Assembly (NCBI GenBank): GCA_964512085.1
Contig: CAZEIU010000001.1
Coordinates: 7,647-71,646 of the forward strand
Source: an uncultured Candidatus Saccharibacteria bacterium
GTDB lineage: Bacteria; Patescibacteriota; Saccharimonadia; CAILAD01; BJGX01
Direction of reading: 5' to 3'
Length of the DNA stretch: 64,000 nucleotides
The notes beneath the pieces were generated by a model that saw only the letters and a list, made by a program, of their open reading frames with translations, made no database searches and was not told the DNA's origin. The translations under genes and the position numbers were made by a program. Shown here piece after piece: positions 26,290 through 36,249 of the stretch (positions within the stretch are counted from its first letter, which is position 1; each line of letters opens with the position of its first letter).

Positions 26290-26334
26290 ATACCACCTCC
26301 GCTGATAGGTACGATTGAGTTTTATTATAGCACT

Positions 26335-27216
26335 TTATTTCTTGGGTAGTTTTTGGCAATAAGCACAATAGTGTGTTCCTCTACCCGCAACACGGGTCTT
26401 TTGTATTGGTTTGCCACAATTGGGGCAAGGTTTGCCATTGAGCCGAAAGACTTTGGCGAATTTAAGATAACTGCCTTTTTTGCCCTCGGCATCAACGTAG
26501 TTACGATCACTACTGCCACCTTGAGCTATACTTAGTTTCATCACCTCTCTGATAGCATTATATAATCTCTTAAGCTTAATTGTACTGATGTCTTGCACCT
26601 TTGAGGCAGGATGTATACGCGCCATAAACAAGCTTTCGTCGGCATATATATTGCCCACACCAGCAAGCACAGTTTGATCTAGTATCGCGGCTTTGATAGC
26701 AGATTTTTTGCGCTTTTGAAGTGCAGAATTAAATTGTTCGAAGGTATAAGAATCTTCTAACGGCTCGGGGCCTAACTTTTGTAAGAACACATTGTTTGTA
26801 TAAAGATCTTTGGTGGGCTCGAGCTTAATCCAGCCAAATTTTCGCTGGTCATTAAAATACAATTTGGCCCCACCTACAAAAGTAAATATCACTCTAGTAG
26901 ATCTGTTGGGTAGCTGGCTTACTAAACTATCGTTGGGGTGGCCGGCCCCAAAATGAGTATTGCCATCGTCATACACCAACTGTCCAGTCATCTTGAGATG
27001 AATAAGTAGACTATAGTCGCTACTAAGATCGATAATAATAACCTTTCCTCGTCTATCTACTTTGATAATCTTAGCGCCTATAAGGTACTTATCGATAAGT
27101 TCTTGGGAGTTTGGGAACCCTTTGGGCCAATCAAAAGTAACACTCTTAATTTGGAGATTCGGTAAAAGGCGTTGCAATCCTATTCTAACTGTTTCTACTT
27201 CTGGTAATTCGGGCAT
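26335..27216 (-). CDS. mutM: formamidopyrimidine-DNA glycosylase
   Basis: MPELPEVET, HLKMTG, GVGNIYADE, C-terminal CPNC..CAYCQ. Confidence 0.98.
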   Translation of the reverse strand: MPELPEVETVRIGLQRLLPNLQIKSVTFDWPKGFPNSQELIDKYLIGAKIIKVDRRGKVIIIDLSSDYSLLIHLKMTGQLVYDDGNTHFGAGHPNDSLVSQLPNRSTRVIFTFVGGAKLYFNDQRKFGWIKLEPTKDLYTNNVFLQKLGPEPLEDSYTFEQFNSALQKRKKSAIKAAILDQTVLAGVGNIYADESLFMARIHPASKVQDISTIKLKRLYNAIREVMKLSIAQGGSSDRNYVDAEGKKGSYLKFAKVFRLNGKPCPNCGKPIQKTRVAGRGTHYCAYCQKLPKK

Positions 27217-27300
27217 TTGCTAACATTATATACTATTGACTAAAGTTTTGTATGGTGTTAAAATTTTTAAGTTCCGCACCTTTAGCCAACAGGAGTGAAG

Positions 27301-27645
27301 TTGAAAATCGCACTTGTGGTAGATGATGAGAGAATATTGAATGTACCAGATGTAGACGAAGTAGTGCATGTTCAGTCGTCATCTGAAGCTATTGCCTATC
27401 TTCAGTCTCACCCAGTAATTCATCAGTTGTGGCTAGATCACGATCTAGGTCCAGATGATGTCATTATGAGACTGGTTGATCATATCGCCGAAGAAGCTTT
27501 CTTTGGCCGAGGCTACGATATTGACGAAATCGTAGTTCATACCATGAACCCTGTTGGTTCGGATAACATTATCCGCACACTTGAACGTTACTACCCTATT
27601 CGCAGAGCCTCGGTTCTACCCTATATTGAGAGTATTCACTCCTAA
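27301..27645 (+). CDS. cyclic-phosphate-processing receiver-domain protein (cREC-like)
   Basis: VDDER, LWLDHDLG, VHTMNPVG; TTG after AGGAG (alternative GTG at 27295); promoter TTGACT-17-TAAAAT. Confidence 0.75.
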   Translation: MKIALVVDDERILNVPDVDEVVHVQSSSEAIAYLQSHPVIHQLWLDHDLGPDDVIMRLVDHIAEEAFFGRGYDIDEIVVHTMNPVGSDNIIRTLERYYPIRRASVLPYIESIHS

Positions 27646-27653
27646 TTAATCTG

Positions 27654-27684
27654 CCCCTCGACATTATAGCGAGGGGTTTTTACT
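27654..27684 (+). terminator. intrinsic terminator
   Basis: CCCCTCG..CGAGGGG TTTTTAC. Confidence 0.85.
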
Positions 27685-27779
27685 TTGTTATTACTTATTG
27701 ACTTTTTATAGTTTTTATGCTATTTTGTAATATGGTCTAATTGATAAATTGGGCCAAACCTTAACAGAAAGAGAGACCC

Positions 27780-28004
27780 TTGCAGAACGCCTTCGACAAT
27801 CTTTTCAAGATAATTATGGCAATGGCTGCTGTGGTGCTAGTAATGGCCTTTGTGGCTAATTACCCGGTACTGTTTGGAATCTTGATAGTTGCGATAATTT
27901 TTGTAGCTTTGTTTGTACGCGAACGGCGTCGCAATGCTGAGCTTCACACCGATAATCGTGCTCTCGAGCGTGATCTCGACCGAGCTCGCGGACGTCGCAG
28001 TTAA
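27780..28004 (+). CDS. small 2-TM protein with basic/coiled-coil tail
   Basis: TTG start after GAAAGAGAG; own promoter TTGACT-17-TATTTT. Confidence 0.65.
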   Translation: MQNAFDNLFKIIMAMAAVVLVMAFVANYPVLFGILIVAIIFVALFVRERRRNAELHTDNRALERDLDRARGRRS

Positions 28005-28244
28005 TACAATTATTAGATACTACTACCAAGCCACCGGGGTCACTGTTAATCTCGCCAGATTATCACACCCCTTGGCTTTGGCCTCTCTTTCATTTATTAC
28101 TCTACAAATTGAGTTTGTACTGATGAGCTTCTGCTAATAAATATCGCAAAGCGAAAGTAATAAATAGTCAATAATTATTGACATTTTTGTTATTATGTGA
28201 TAATATCTTAGAGTTCCCCGCACCTCTATTCAAAGGAGACTTAG

Positions 28245-28847
28245 GTGCAAAAGCAACTTGTAAAAGTTGGGGCAGTACACGTACGATTCTTGGTAACTAC
28301 ACTACCGGCGCTTGCCAGTAATATTGAAGTCGGACATGAAACTGTTTATGACCTGACACGAAAGCTGAATAGCGCAACTGGCGTAAGTGTAATTGACTCT
28401 GACGATTCACGATCGGTCAACTGCACCAATCTGCTATCCCAGATAGAAAACGCTGGTTTTGTGCTAGTATCTGTAAGCATTCAAAAGCAGCTTTCGAACA
28501 GTAAGTTCTCTAAGGTCAAGTACGTTGTTAACTTCCACTTCGTTCCAATGGATGTTGCTATAGCACACGCACCGAACTTTAGTGAGCATAAAATTGCTAG
28601 GTCGCTTTTTAGTGAGTTTATTTCGATGAACTATTGGCATCTGATGGCCTTCGAGAACCCTGGCGAAGAAAAGCCCTGGCTTTCTATCGCCTGCAATAAC
28701 CGAGTGCAGAGGTATAAGGCTGATGACATGAGTAGACCGATTATGAAATACGATCGTGACTCTGACGGTGAAAAGGCAGGAGAGCCCTATCCCCTCCCAG
28801 CAGACTCGGTAATTACGTTCGATGGAGCATCTGTTACTCTAAATTAA
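28245..28847 (+). CDS. hypothetical protein
   Basis: GTG start, SD AAGGAG, GCACCT at 28220-28225, promoter TTGACA-17-TAATAT. Confidence 0.75.
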   Translation: MQKQLVKVGAVHVRFLVTTLPALASNIEVGHETVYDLTRKLNSATGVSVIDSDDSRSVNCTNLLSQIENAGFVLVSVSIQKQLSNSKFSKVKYVVNFHFVPMDVAIAHAPNFSEHKIARSLFSEFISMNYWHLMAFENPGEEKPWLSIACNNRVQRYKADDMSRPIMKYDRDSDGEKAGEPYPLPADSVITFDGASVTLN

Positions 28848-28864
28848 TATTTAGTGTTTTTCTG

Positions 28865-28893
28865 CCCCTCACCCATGTGGTGAGGGGTTTTAC
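28865..28893 (+). terminator. intrinsic terminator
   Basis: CCCCTCACC..GGTGAGGGG TTTTAC. Confidence 0.85.
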
Positions 28894-28906
28894 CTTTTTA
28901 AAAAAA

Positions 28907-31789
28907 CTATAACTCTCCCCAATTTTTGCCAGTAGTAATTTCTACCTCTATGGGTACGGCGAATTTGTGTACCGACTCCATCTCGCTTTTTAGCAACTTA
29001 CCTATTTCGCTAGCTTGCGACTCTTTGCATTCAACTATTAATTCGTCGTGAATTTGAAGTATTAATTTGGCATCTTGAGGTAGTTTTTTGTGCACTTTTA
29101 TCATCGCTAGCTTCATCATGTCGGCCGCGGTACCTTGCAAAGGCATATTTACAGCCGCGCGCTCAGCTGCCGAACGAATAATAAAATTGTTTGATCTAAC
29201 ATCGGGGCATGGTCTTCGCCTGCCAAATAAAGTCTCGGTATAGCCTTTGTCGTGAGCAAATTTTTTAATGCTAGCTATATAGTCTGCCACTGCTTTACGA
29301 GTATTGAAATATCTGTCTATAAATTCTTTGGCTTGCTCGTAACTAAACCCAGTCGCCACCGCCAAACCATGGGTGTTCATACCATATAGCACCCCAAAAT
29401 TGATTGCTTTAGCGGCATATCGTTGTTCGGGCTTTACTTGCGACGGTTTTATATCAAACATCTCGGCTGCTGTTTGGGTATGAATGTCGGCCCCTTCTCT
29501 AAATGCATTAATCATAGGCTTGTCGCCAGCCAAATCGGCAGCTAGTCTAAGTTCTATTTGGCTATAATCGGCCGATACAAAAACATTACCTTTGTTGGCT
29601 ATAAAGGCCGTTCTAATTTCTTTGCCTACAGGAGTACGAATAGGAATATTTTGTAGGTTTGGATTGGTACTATTGAGCCTACCGGTTTGGGCTATTGTCT
29701 GATTGTAGCTAGTGTGAATTTTATTATCGCTTAGAACAAATTTTGGTAAAGCTTCAACGTAAGTCGACATTAATTTTGACAGTTCGCGATACTCAAACAA
29801 CTCATCAATAATTGGGTGCTTACCCTTAAGCTTCTCAAGCTCGCTGGCCGCTGTACTAACACCGGTTTTTATTTTTTTGAGCCCAGTAGTGTCAATTTTG
29901 AGTTCATCAAATAATATCACTTTGAGTTGTTGAGTAGAGCTAATATTAAACTGCTTACCAGCGTGTTTCCAGATAGATTTTTTAATTTGATCTAACCGGT
30001 CGCTAAATTTGGTTTGCAAAGTTTGCATGAATTTCACATCCAGCGTGACTCCTGCGATCTCCATATCGGCCAAAACTTCAATAAGTGGCCACTCAATATC
30101 TTCGGCAAGTTTGTGCAATTTTTTTGTTCCAGTTGGTTCTTGGCTAAGCTGTGTAGACAATTTTTTATATAATCGCCACGCTATATCGGCATCTTCGGCA
30201 GCATAAGGCCCAGCTACTTCAATTTCTACTTGATTAAAAGTGAGTTGTTCTTTGCCCTTTTTGCCCAATAATTCTTCGATACCTATCATTGATATGCCAA
30301 GCTCATTGTAGGCCAACTCTGAGAGAGACTGAGCTCTGCCGATGGGGTTAATTAAAAACGCCGCTATCATAGTATCAAAAACAATATTGTTCAATTTAAT
30401 GCCACAGCCATTAAAAACCTCATAGTCATATTTAAGATTGTGACCAATCTTACCGATCTTATTACTTTCTAAGATGGGTTTGAGCGAATTTAAAACATAC
30501 TCTTTATCTAATTGACCATCGGCAAGCTTAAAATTATCATACTCAGATGAAATTCCAGAAAGAAGCGAGGCTTGCAAGTGAGACGTAGAAACGCTACGTT
30601 GAACGCGAACCGTAGCTGATGACGCAGAAGTTCGCTGAGTATGAGGATTTTCTGAGGTATGACCTACGGGTATATAGTAAGCTTCGCCTTCTTTGAAACT
30701 CACCGATACTCCTACCAAGTGTGCCTCTAGAGCATTTGTGCTAGTTGTCTCGGTATCTATAGAAATTACTTTTTGCTGTTTTAAATTTGCTACGAGTTTA
30801 TTGAGTAATTCTTGGCTTGTTACTATGTGGTATTTGGCTTTTTTGAGATGTTCTCTATTGTATTTCTCGGCCTCGCTAAAACTACTGCTATCCCCATTAT
30901 TTTGTATAGGATCTTTAGTAATATCTTGGTTGGGCAACTTAGACAGCAAGCTCTTAAACTCTAGTTTGTGAAAAAGATCATAAACTTTGTTTTTATCATA
31001 CTCATGCAAAAGCGCATCACTTAACTTAAAATCTAGCTTAAGATCGAGAGCTATTTTTGAAAGCTTAAGACTTAAATAAGCATTATCTTTGTCTTTTTCG
31101 AGTTTGTTTTTTACGGCCGGTTTGAGGTTGTCGAGGTTTTTGTAAATATTATCGAGTGTTTTGTATTGTGCTACTAGCTCAGTAGCAGTTTTGTCGCCTA
31201 CTCCAGCCACTCCCGGTATGTTGTCGCTACTATCTCCTTTAAGGGCCTTGTAGACCACAAATTCATCTGGGGTAACCCCATAACGATCTTCTACAGCTTT
31301 GGCATCATAAATAACTGTATCGGTAAATCCTTTGCGCATAGTGTAGACACTCACATTTTTGTTAACCAACTGTAACTCATCCATATCGCCAGTTACAATC
31401 ACTACTTGATACTCCTTGCAGTATTGCTGTGAGAGCGTACCAATTACATCATCGGCTTCATAGCCGTTTTTTTCAATAAGTGGAATATTAAATGCTGCTA
31501 CAACATCTTTAGTAAGTGGCATTTGAGCAATCAATTCATCGGCAGTTTTCACGCGCGTGGCTTTATAATCTTTGTAGTCGTCGTGCCGAAAGGTTTTGCC
31601 AGGAGCGTCCCAGGCCACAATTGCAAAGTCGGGCTTAAGTTCGCGCAAAGCCAGCAACATCATCATGGTGAACCCATAAACTGCGTTGGTAGGTGTGCCA
31701 TCTTTAGTAGTGAGATACGGAATAGCGTGAAAACCTCTATGCAATAGAGCATGGCCGTCAAATATAACGATTTTTTTGAGTTTAGACAT
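28907..31789 (-). CDS. polA: DNA polymerase I
   Basis: 5'-3' exonuclease (YEADD, GDSSDNIPGV), 3'-5' exonuclease (DTET), polymerase motifs ADYSQIELR, KAINFG, QIHDEL. Confidence 0.98.
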   Translation of the reverse strand: MSKLKKIVIFDGHALLHRGFHAIPYLTTKDGTPTNAVYGFTMMMLLALRELKPDFAIVAWDAPGKTFRHDDYKDYKATRVKTADELIAQMPLTKDVVAAFNIPLIEKNGYEADDVIGTLSQQYCKEYQVVIVTGDMDELQLVNKNVSVYTMRKGFTDTVIYDAKAVEDRYGVTPDEFVVYKALKGDSSDNIPGVAGVGDKTATELVAQYKTLDNIYKNLDNLKPAVKNKLEKDKDNAYLSLKLSKIALDLKLDFKLSDALLHEYDKNKVYDLFHKLEFKSLLSKLPNQDITKDPIQNNGDSSSFSEAEKYNREHLKKAKYHIVTSQELLNKLVANLKQQKVISIDTETTSTNALEAHLVGVSVSFKEGEAYYIPVGHTSENPHTQRTSASSATVRVQRSVSTSHLQASLLSGISSEYDNFKLADGQLDKEYVLNSLKPILESNKIGKIGHNLKYDYEVFNGCGIKLNNIVFDTMIAAFLINPIGRAQSLSELAYNELGISMIGIEELLGKKGKEQLTFNQVEIEVAGPYAAEDADIAWRLYKKLSTQLSQEPTGTKKLHKLAEDIEWPLIEVLADMEIAGVTLDVKFMQTLQTKFSDRLDQIKKSIWKHAGKQFNISSTQQLKVILFDELKIDTTGLKKIKTGVSTAASELEKLKGKHPIIDELFEYRELSKLMSTYVEALPKFVLSDNKIHTSYNQTIAQTGRLNSTNPNLQNIPIRTPVGKEIRTAFIANKGNVFVSADYSQIELRLAADLAGDKPMINAFREGADIHTQTAAEMFDIKPSQVKPEQRYAAKAINFGVLYGMNTHGLAVATGFSYEQAKEFIDRYFNTRKAVADYIASIKKFAHDKGYTETLFGRRRPCPDVRSNNFIIRSAAERAAVNMPLQGTAADMMKLAMIKVHKKLPQDAKLILQIHDELIVECKESQASEIGKLLKSEMESVHKFAVPIEVEITTGKNWGEL
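30537..30662. mobile_element. in-frame palindromic element (RPE/MITE-like) inside polA
   Basis: Terminal inverted repeats TCATAC-TCAGA / TCTGAGGTATGA, internal ACGTAG..CTACGT and GCGAAC..GTTCGC hairpins; about 40 extra Ser/Thr-rich residues. Confidence 0.7.
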
Positions 31790-31839
31790 GATTTAATTAT
31801 AGCAAGAAAGTAGTTGCATAGTAGGTTATAATAAAAACC

Positions 31840-32208
31840 ATGCCAGAACCACAAAATACAACTGGAGTACCGCCTTTTCCGCCTGGGAATAAAGATAGGG
31901 GCGTTTCTCGTGAAGACGACGTAAATATTGGCTACGGCCCAGCCAACGAAGAAACTACTGCTGCTTTACTCAAAATTCGAGATGAGCAAGAAGCTGAAAA
32001 ACAAGGTCGGCCTTTAAGAAACCCAGACGCCAAGTCTGCACAACAAGCAGTTAATAGTAGAGAAGCTCAAATAGCTTGGCTCAATACACCAGACGGACGA
32101 AGATTTACAGAATTAACGACTAAGCTTGATAGTGGCGAGAGGCTAACTACTGAAGAATCAACCGATTTGGCTAAGATTCGCGCTCGACGAGCAAATAGAA
32201 ATTTGTAG
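31840..32208 (+). CDS. hypothetical protein
   Basis: TATAAT 6 nt before ATG; hairpin terminator 32232-32259. Confidence 0.7.
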   Translation: MPEPQNTTGVPPFPPGNKDRGVSREDDVNIGYGPANEETTAALLKIRDEQEAEKQGRPLRNPDAKSAQQAVNSREAQIAWLNTPDGRRFTELTTKLDSGERLTTEESTDLAKIRARRANRNL

Positions 32209-32257
32209 TTAATAAATTACTACTTATTATTACCCTTCACTTTTTTGGTGAAGGGTT

Positions 32258-33367
32258 TTAAGCTATATAGTCTTTGAGTCGTTTGGTATCTTTGTGCTTG
32301 CGTAACTTAGTAAGAGCTTTAGCCTCAATTTGACGTATGCGTTCGCGGGTAACACCAAATTCTTGACCAACTTCTTCTAGAGTGTGACTACGACCGTCTT
32401 CTAGGCCAAAACGCATACGTAATATTTTTTGCTCGCGAGGTGTCAGCATGCCTAGAGTGTCATCGATATGCTCTTTTAATAATTCAAATGTAGCTGCCTC
32501 GTGTGGGCTAACAGTGTCTTGATCTTCAATAAAATCACCGAGACTAGAGTCTTCGTCTTCACCTACAGTTGCATCAAGGCTAGTTGTATCTTGGCTAATC
32601 TTAAATATATGGTTAACCTTATCGACATCAATTTCCATTTCTTTGGCTATTTCTTCTGGTAACGGCTCTCGACCGAGTTCGGTAGTAAGACGTCTTTGGG
32701 TACGAATAAGTTTATTGATCGTTTCGACCATGTGTACTGGTATTCTAATAACTCTAGCTTGGTCGGCAATTGCGCGAGTAATAGCTTGACGAATCCACCA
32801 AGTAGCATAGGTACTAAACTTAAATCCTCTTTTGTAATCAAACTTTTCAACGGCTCTTAGAAGACCGGTATTACCTTCTTCTATTAAGTCTAGCAAATCT
32901 AACCCTCTACCAATGTATTTTTTGGCAATACTTACTACCAAGCGAAGGTTGGCTTCGGCCAAGGCATCTTTGGCGGCTTTATCGCCTTTTTCTATACGCT
33001 TGGCGAGCGCTACTTCTTCTTCTGCCGATATTAGAGGGATCTTACCAATCTCTCTCAAATACAAACGTACCGAGTCGTCGGCAATGTCTTTTATATAATC
33101 ATCACTTGTTGCAGCTTCGATATCTTCTTCTGGTTCAGTGTGCCAGATCATTTTGTCTTTTTGATCAACTACCTCTACACCTTGATCAATAAGAGCTGAA
33201 TACAAATCATCTAATTCTTCTACATTATTCTCAGCATCGGGCATTTCAGACATTATTTCTTGCTGCGTAATAAATCCTTTTTGTCGACCTTTGGCTACTA
33301 GCTTCTCGATTGATTTTTGTACAATCTCTTCGTCGCTAACATTGGCTGGTTCGTTTTTTTTGGGCAT
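32258..33367 (-). CDS. rpoD: primary sigma factor RpoD
   Basis: [41 protein letters not shown]. Confidence 0.98.
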   Translation of the reverse strand: MPKKNEPANVSDEEIVQKSIEKLVAKGRQKGFITQQEIMSEMPDAENNVEELDDLYSALIDQGVEVVDQKDKMIWHTEPEEDIEAATSDDYIKDIADDSVRLYLREIGKIPLISAEEEVALAKRIEKGDKAAKDALAEANLRLVVSIAKKYIGRGLDLLDLIEEGNTGLLRAVEKFDYKRGFKFSTYATWWIRQAITRAIADQARVIRIPVHMVETINKLIRTQRRLTTELGREPLPEEIAKEMEIDVDKVNHIFKISQDTTSLDATVGEDEDSSLGDFIEDQDTVSPHEAATFELLKEHIDDTLGMLTPREQKILRMRFGLEDGRSHTLEEVGQEFGVTRERIRQIEAKALTKLRKHKDTKRLKDYIA

Positions 33368-33372
33368 AAAAT

Positions 33373-35136
33373 TTACTCCTCGTTTAGTAAGGCTTGATAT
33401 TCTTTTAATAATTTTTTGACTTTTGTAGCATTTTTTTCGGCTTCGGCGGTGGCAATTTCTCTAGTGAGTTGGCGTTTTGTCTTTTCGCGCTCTATTTTAT
33501 TCAAGCGGTGTATCTGGGTATAGGCTTCGAGCCTTGCGTCGTGTTCTGACGAATCAGAATACACGTGTTCTCCCCGTAATGAAAGTATCTTAACATAATT
33601 AGAATATTTAGGCAATGATTTGGCAATAGTATTTGCATTGGCGCCAGGATTGCTTAGTAGGTGCTCAAAAATTGGTCGATGAAGAGACGAGGTATTTGAA
33701 ATGTCTATATCGCTTAATGCCTCTCTATAATCGGTGCTCGAGAGCATAAGCTCTAAAATGAGCTGCTCTATCTTCTCGCTTTTAGATAGTTTTCTTTTGG
33801 GTTGCGAGATGTTATCTGATTGAACAGAAGCTATCTGTGGTTCTTCTGACTTATCTACTTTAGATTTGAAGTCTTTTTGTAACCTATCTCTTAAAATATT
33901 CTCTGGTGTATCGATAGCTTGAGCGAGCTTCTTAATATAGTGCTCTTTCTCTACATTGTCTTGTATCTTTGCTACAATCGGTAAGACATTTTTGGCAAAT
34001 TGTTTTTTGCCAATGGCTGTTTTTATATCGTTTTTCTTAAGTTGAGTATCAAAAATATAATCTACAATATATTTGGCACTTGTGAGTGCATTTTCCCATG
34101 CTTTTTTGTCTTTTTTAATAAGTTCGTCTGGGTCTTTGGCTCCACTGTACGACACCACCATTAATTTAATATCTAGTTCAGAACTAAGTTCTATAGTCCG
34201 CTCCGTAGCGGCCACTCCTGCCTCGTCTTGATCAAAGCACAATTTAATATTATTGGTAATTCTAGAAAGCGTTTTGAGCTGTTCAGTGCTAAGAGCCGTG
34301 CCACTAGAGGCTACAACATTTTCATAACCATAATTTGAAAGTGCTACCACATCCATATTGCCTTCTACTAAAATAACTTCGTCTTTTTTTCTAATAGCCT
34401 CTCTAGCTTGCATAAGACCATAGAGTATACTGCTTTTGTGATAAATTTGTGACTCTGCTGAATTAATATACTTAGCAGTATCTTTGCTATTAGTTAACAC
34501 TCGTGCCGAGAAGCCAACTACCCTTTTTTGAGAATCAAAAATCGGAAACATTATTCTATCTCTAAAAGCATCATATGTGCTCTCGCTACCAGATTTTTGC
34601 TTAATGACACCGGCGCTTATTAATGTGCTGGTTGAATAACCTTTGCCCAATAAAAAGTCTCTTAATTCGTTCCAGCTATCTGGGCTATAGCCCAATTTAA
34701 ACCGTTTGATGGTTTCTACTTTGAGCCCGCGCTCGTCTGTTAAATACTGTAACGCTTTTTTATTTTTTGATAACTGCAAATGGTAAAACTTCATCGACAA
34801 TTCAAGTGCATCGTAAAGTTTTGTATTAGACTGAGTGTTGCTTTTATCTTTTGGTCTGGCTTTGAGTGTTACACCGGCCCTTTTGGCCAACATTTCTAAA
34901 GCTTCTCGAAACTCAATGCCTTCTATCTGCATAATAAAAGAAAAAACATCTCCACCTTGACCAGAGCTAAAATCATGCCAAATATTTTTCTCAGAACTGA
35001 CCATAAAACTTGGTGTTTTTTCGGCTTTAAAAGGGCTAATACCTTTATAATTGCTGCCAGCTTTTTTTAAAGGCACATAGTCACCAATTATCTCTACGAT
35101 ATCTAGCTTGTTTTTTATTTCTTCTACATCGTTCAT
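33373..35136 (-). CDS. dnaG: DNA primase
   Basis: Degenerate Zn-finger region [33 protein letters not shown]; leaderless ATG 35136. Confidence 0.96.
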   Translation of the reverse strand: MNDVEEIKNKLDIVEIIGDYVPLKKAGSNYKGISPFKAEKTPSFMVSSEKNIWHDFSSGQGGDVFSFIMQIEGIEFREALEMLAKRAGVTLKARPKDKSNTQSNTKLYDALELSMKFYHLQLSKNKKALQYLTDERGLKVETIKRFKLGYSPDSWNELRDFLLGKGYSTSTLISAGVIKQKSGSESTYDAFRDRIMFPIFDSQKRVVGFSARVLTNSKDTAKYINSAESQIYHKSSILYGLMQAREAIRKKDEVILVEGNMDVVALSNYGYENVVASSGTALSTEQLKTLSRITNNIKLCFDQDEAGVAATERTIELSSELDIKLMVVSYSGAKDPDELIKKDKKAWENALTSAKYIVDYIFDTQLKKNDIKTAIGKKQFAKNVLPIVAKIQDNVEKEHYIKKLAQAIDTPENILRDRLQKDFKSKVDKSEEPQIASVQSDNISQPKRKLSKSEKIEQLILELMLSSTDYREALSDIDISNTSSLHRPIFEHLLSNPGANANTIAKSLPKYSNYVKILSLRGEHVYSDSSEHDARLEAYTQIHRLNKIEREKTKRQLTREIATAEAEKNATKVKKLLKEYQALLNEE

Positions 35137-35186
35137 ATATGTAAGTATAGCGCTAATAAGTATTTTTTGTAGATAAAAAGCATATC

Positions 35187-35570
35187 CTATGAGGATATGC
35201 TTGTACAACGAGCGATGCCGCTACGACAATCAATCACTTTGGTATTGCGAACTTTTGGCGTAGACGTATTGGGTTGCAAGAAAGAACTATTACGTCGCAA
35301 GAAATCACGCACAGCATGCTGGCCATGATAATGACAAATTTTACGATTGGTAACCTTCTTGCCATTTTTGCTATTCTTATGGCAGTAATCTTGAATTTCA
35401 CGAAGCGCTATGCCTTCAAGCTTACTTCTGCAACTATATTGATAGTGCGTAGGTTCGCCTAGATCAAGACGCCTTAGCACCTCTTTCACTGCATCTGCAG
35501 CGATTGCACTACACTCACGCTCACTCACCGAAGTGAACGTGTCGTCGTAATCGACTGTTGATACCGCCAT
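35187..35570 (-). CDS. Cys/His-rich hypothetical protein
   Basis: SD GAGAGGGA; hairpin at the 3' end (35178-35202). Confidence 0.55.
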   Translation of the reverse strand: MAVSTVDYDDTFTSVSERECSAIAADAVKEVLRRLDLGEPTHYQYSCRSKLEGIALREIQDYCHKNSKNGKKVTNRKICHYHGQHAVRDFLRRNSSFLQPNTSTPKVRNTKVIDCRSGIARCTSISS

Positions 35571-35617
35571 GGTACATCCCTCTCGCTAGCGTTTGGGTAT
35601 CTATATTTATATGCTAT

Positions 35618-36187
35618 TTACAGATTTGAGTCAATGCTTTTTATTATTTTTATAAGCTCGGGAATAGTAGGAGTATTTTTGTTCAAAAAGTGACCCTTTT
35701 TATGCAAAATTATTTCTTGACCACCGAGACTACGAGATAGTTCAAGACTCTTTTCGGGCAAAACAGATTTATCATCATCGGATATAATGCTATATACTTT
35801 TTCAACTCTCGATTTAACCTTATCTATATTTGGCTGGGGTTTAAAAAACAAATCTGCGCTGCCTCTGCCCGGCGTAACAAATCCAGAAACCAGAATCAAT
35901 GCCTTGGCTTTTTCTTTGTGTGGTGCAGTGTCTCTATATTTGGATAAATAACGCAAAAGTGTGTATGTACCCAAAGAGTGGCCTAGCAGGATAGTTTGCT
36001 TATCGATGTGGTTAATGCTTCTAGAGGCAACGCCAACCCACTTACTGAGGTTTGGGATTTTTCCTACAGGCATTTGTGGAGCAACTACATCGTAGCCAAG
36101 CTTATTAGCCTGCTCTTTTAGCCAAAGCATCCAACCATGGTCTGGCCTATCTCGGTAACCATGAATAATAATTAATCTTTTTCTCAT
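35618..36187 (-). CDS. RBBP9/YdeN family alpha/beta hydrolase
   Basis: IIHGY, GHSLG, SDDD, GHF. Confidence 0.9.
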   Translation of the reverse strand: MRKRLIIIHGYRDRPDHGWMLWLKEQANKLGYDVVAPQMPVGKIPNLSKWVGVASRSINHIDKQTILLGHSLGTYTLLRYLSKYRDTAPHKEKAKALILVSGFVTPGRGSADLFFKPQPNIDKVKSRVEKVYSIISDDDKSVLPEKSLELSRSLGGQEIILHKKGHFLNKNTPTIPELIKIIKSIDSNL

Positions 36188-36249
36188 CTTTAGGGCATTA
36201 TAGCGTTGATTGATATTCTGCTCAAGTAAAATTATTATGGTTTTGATTA

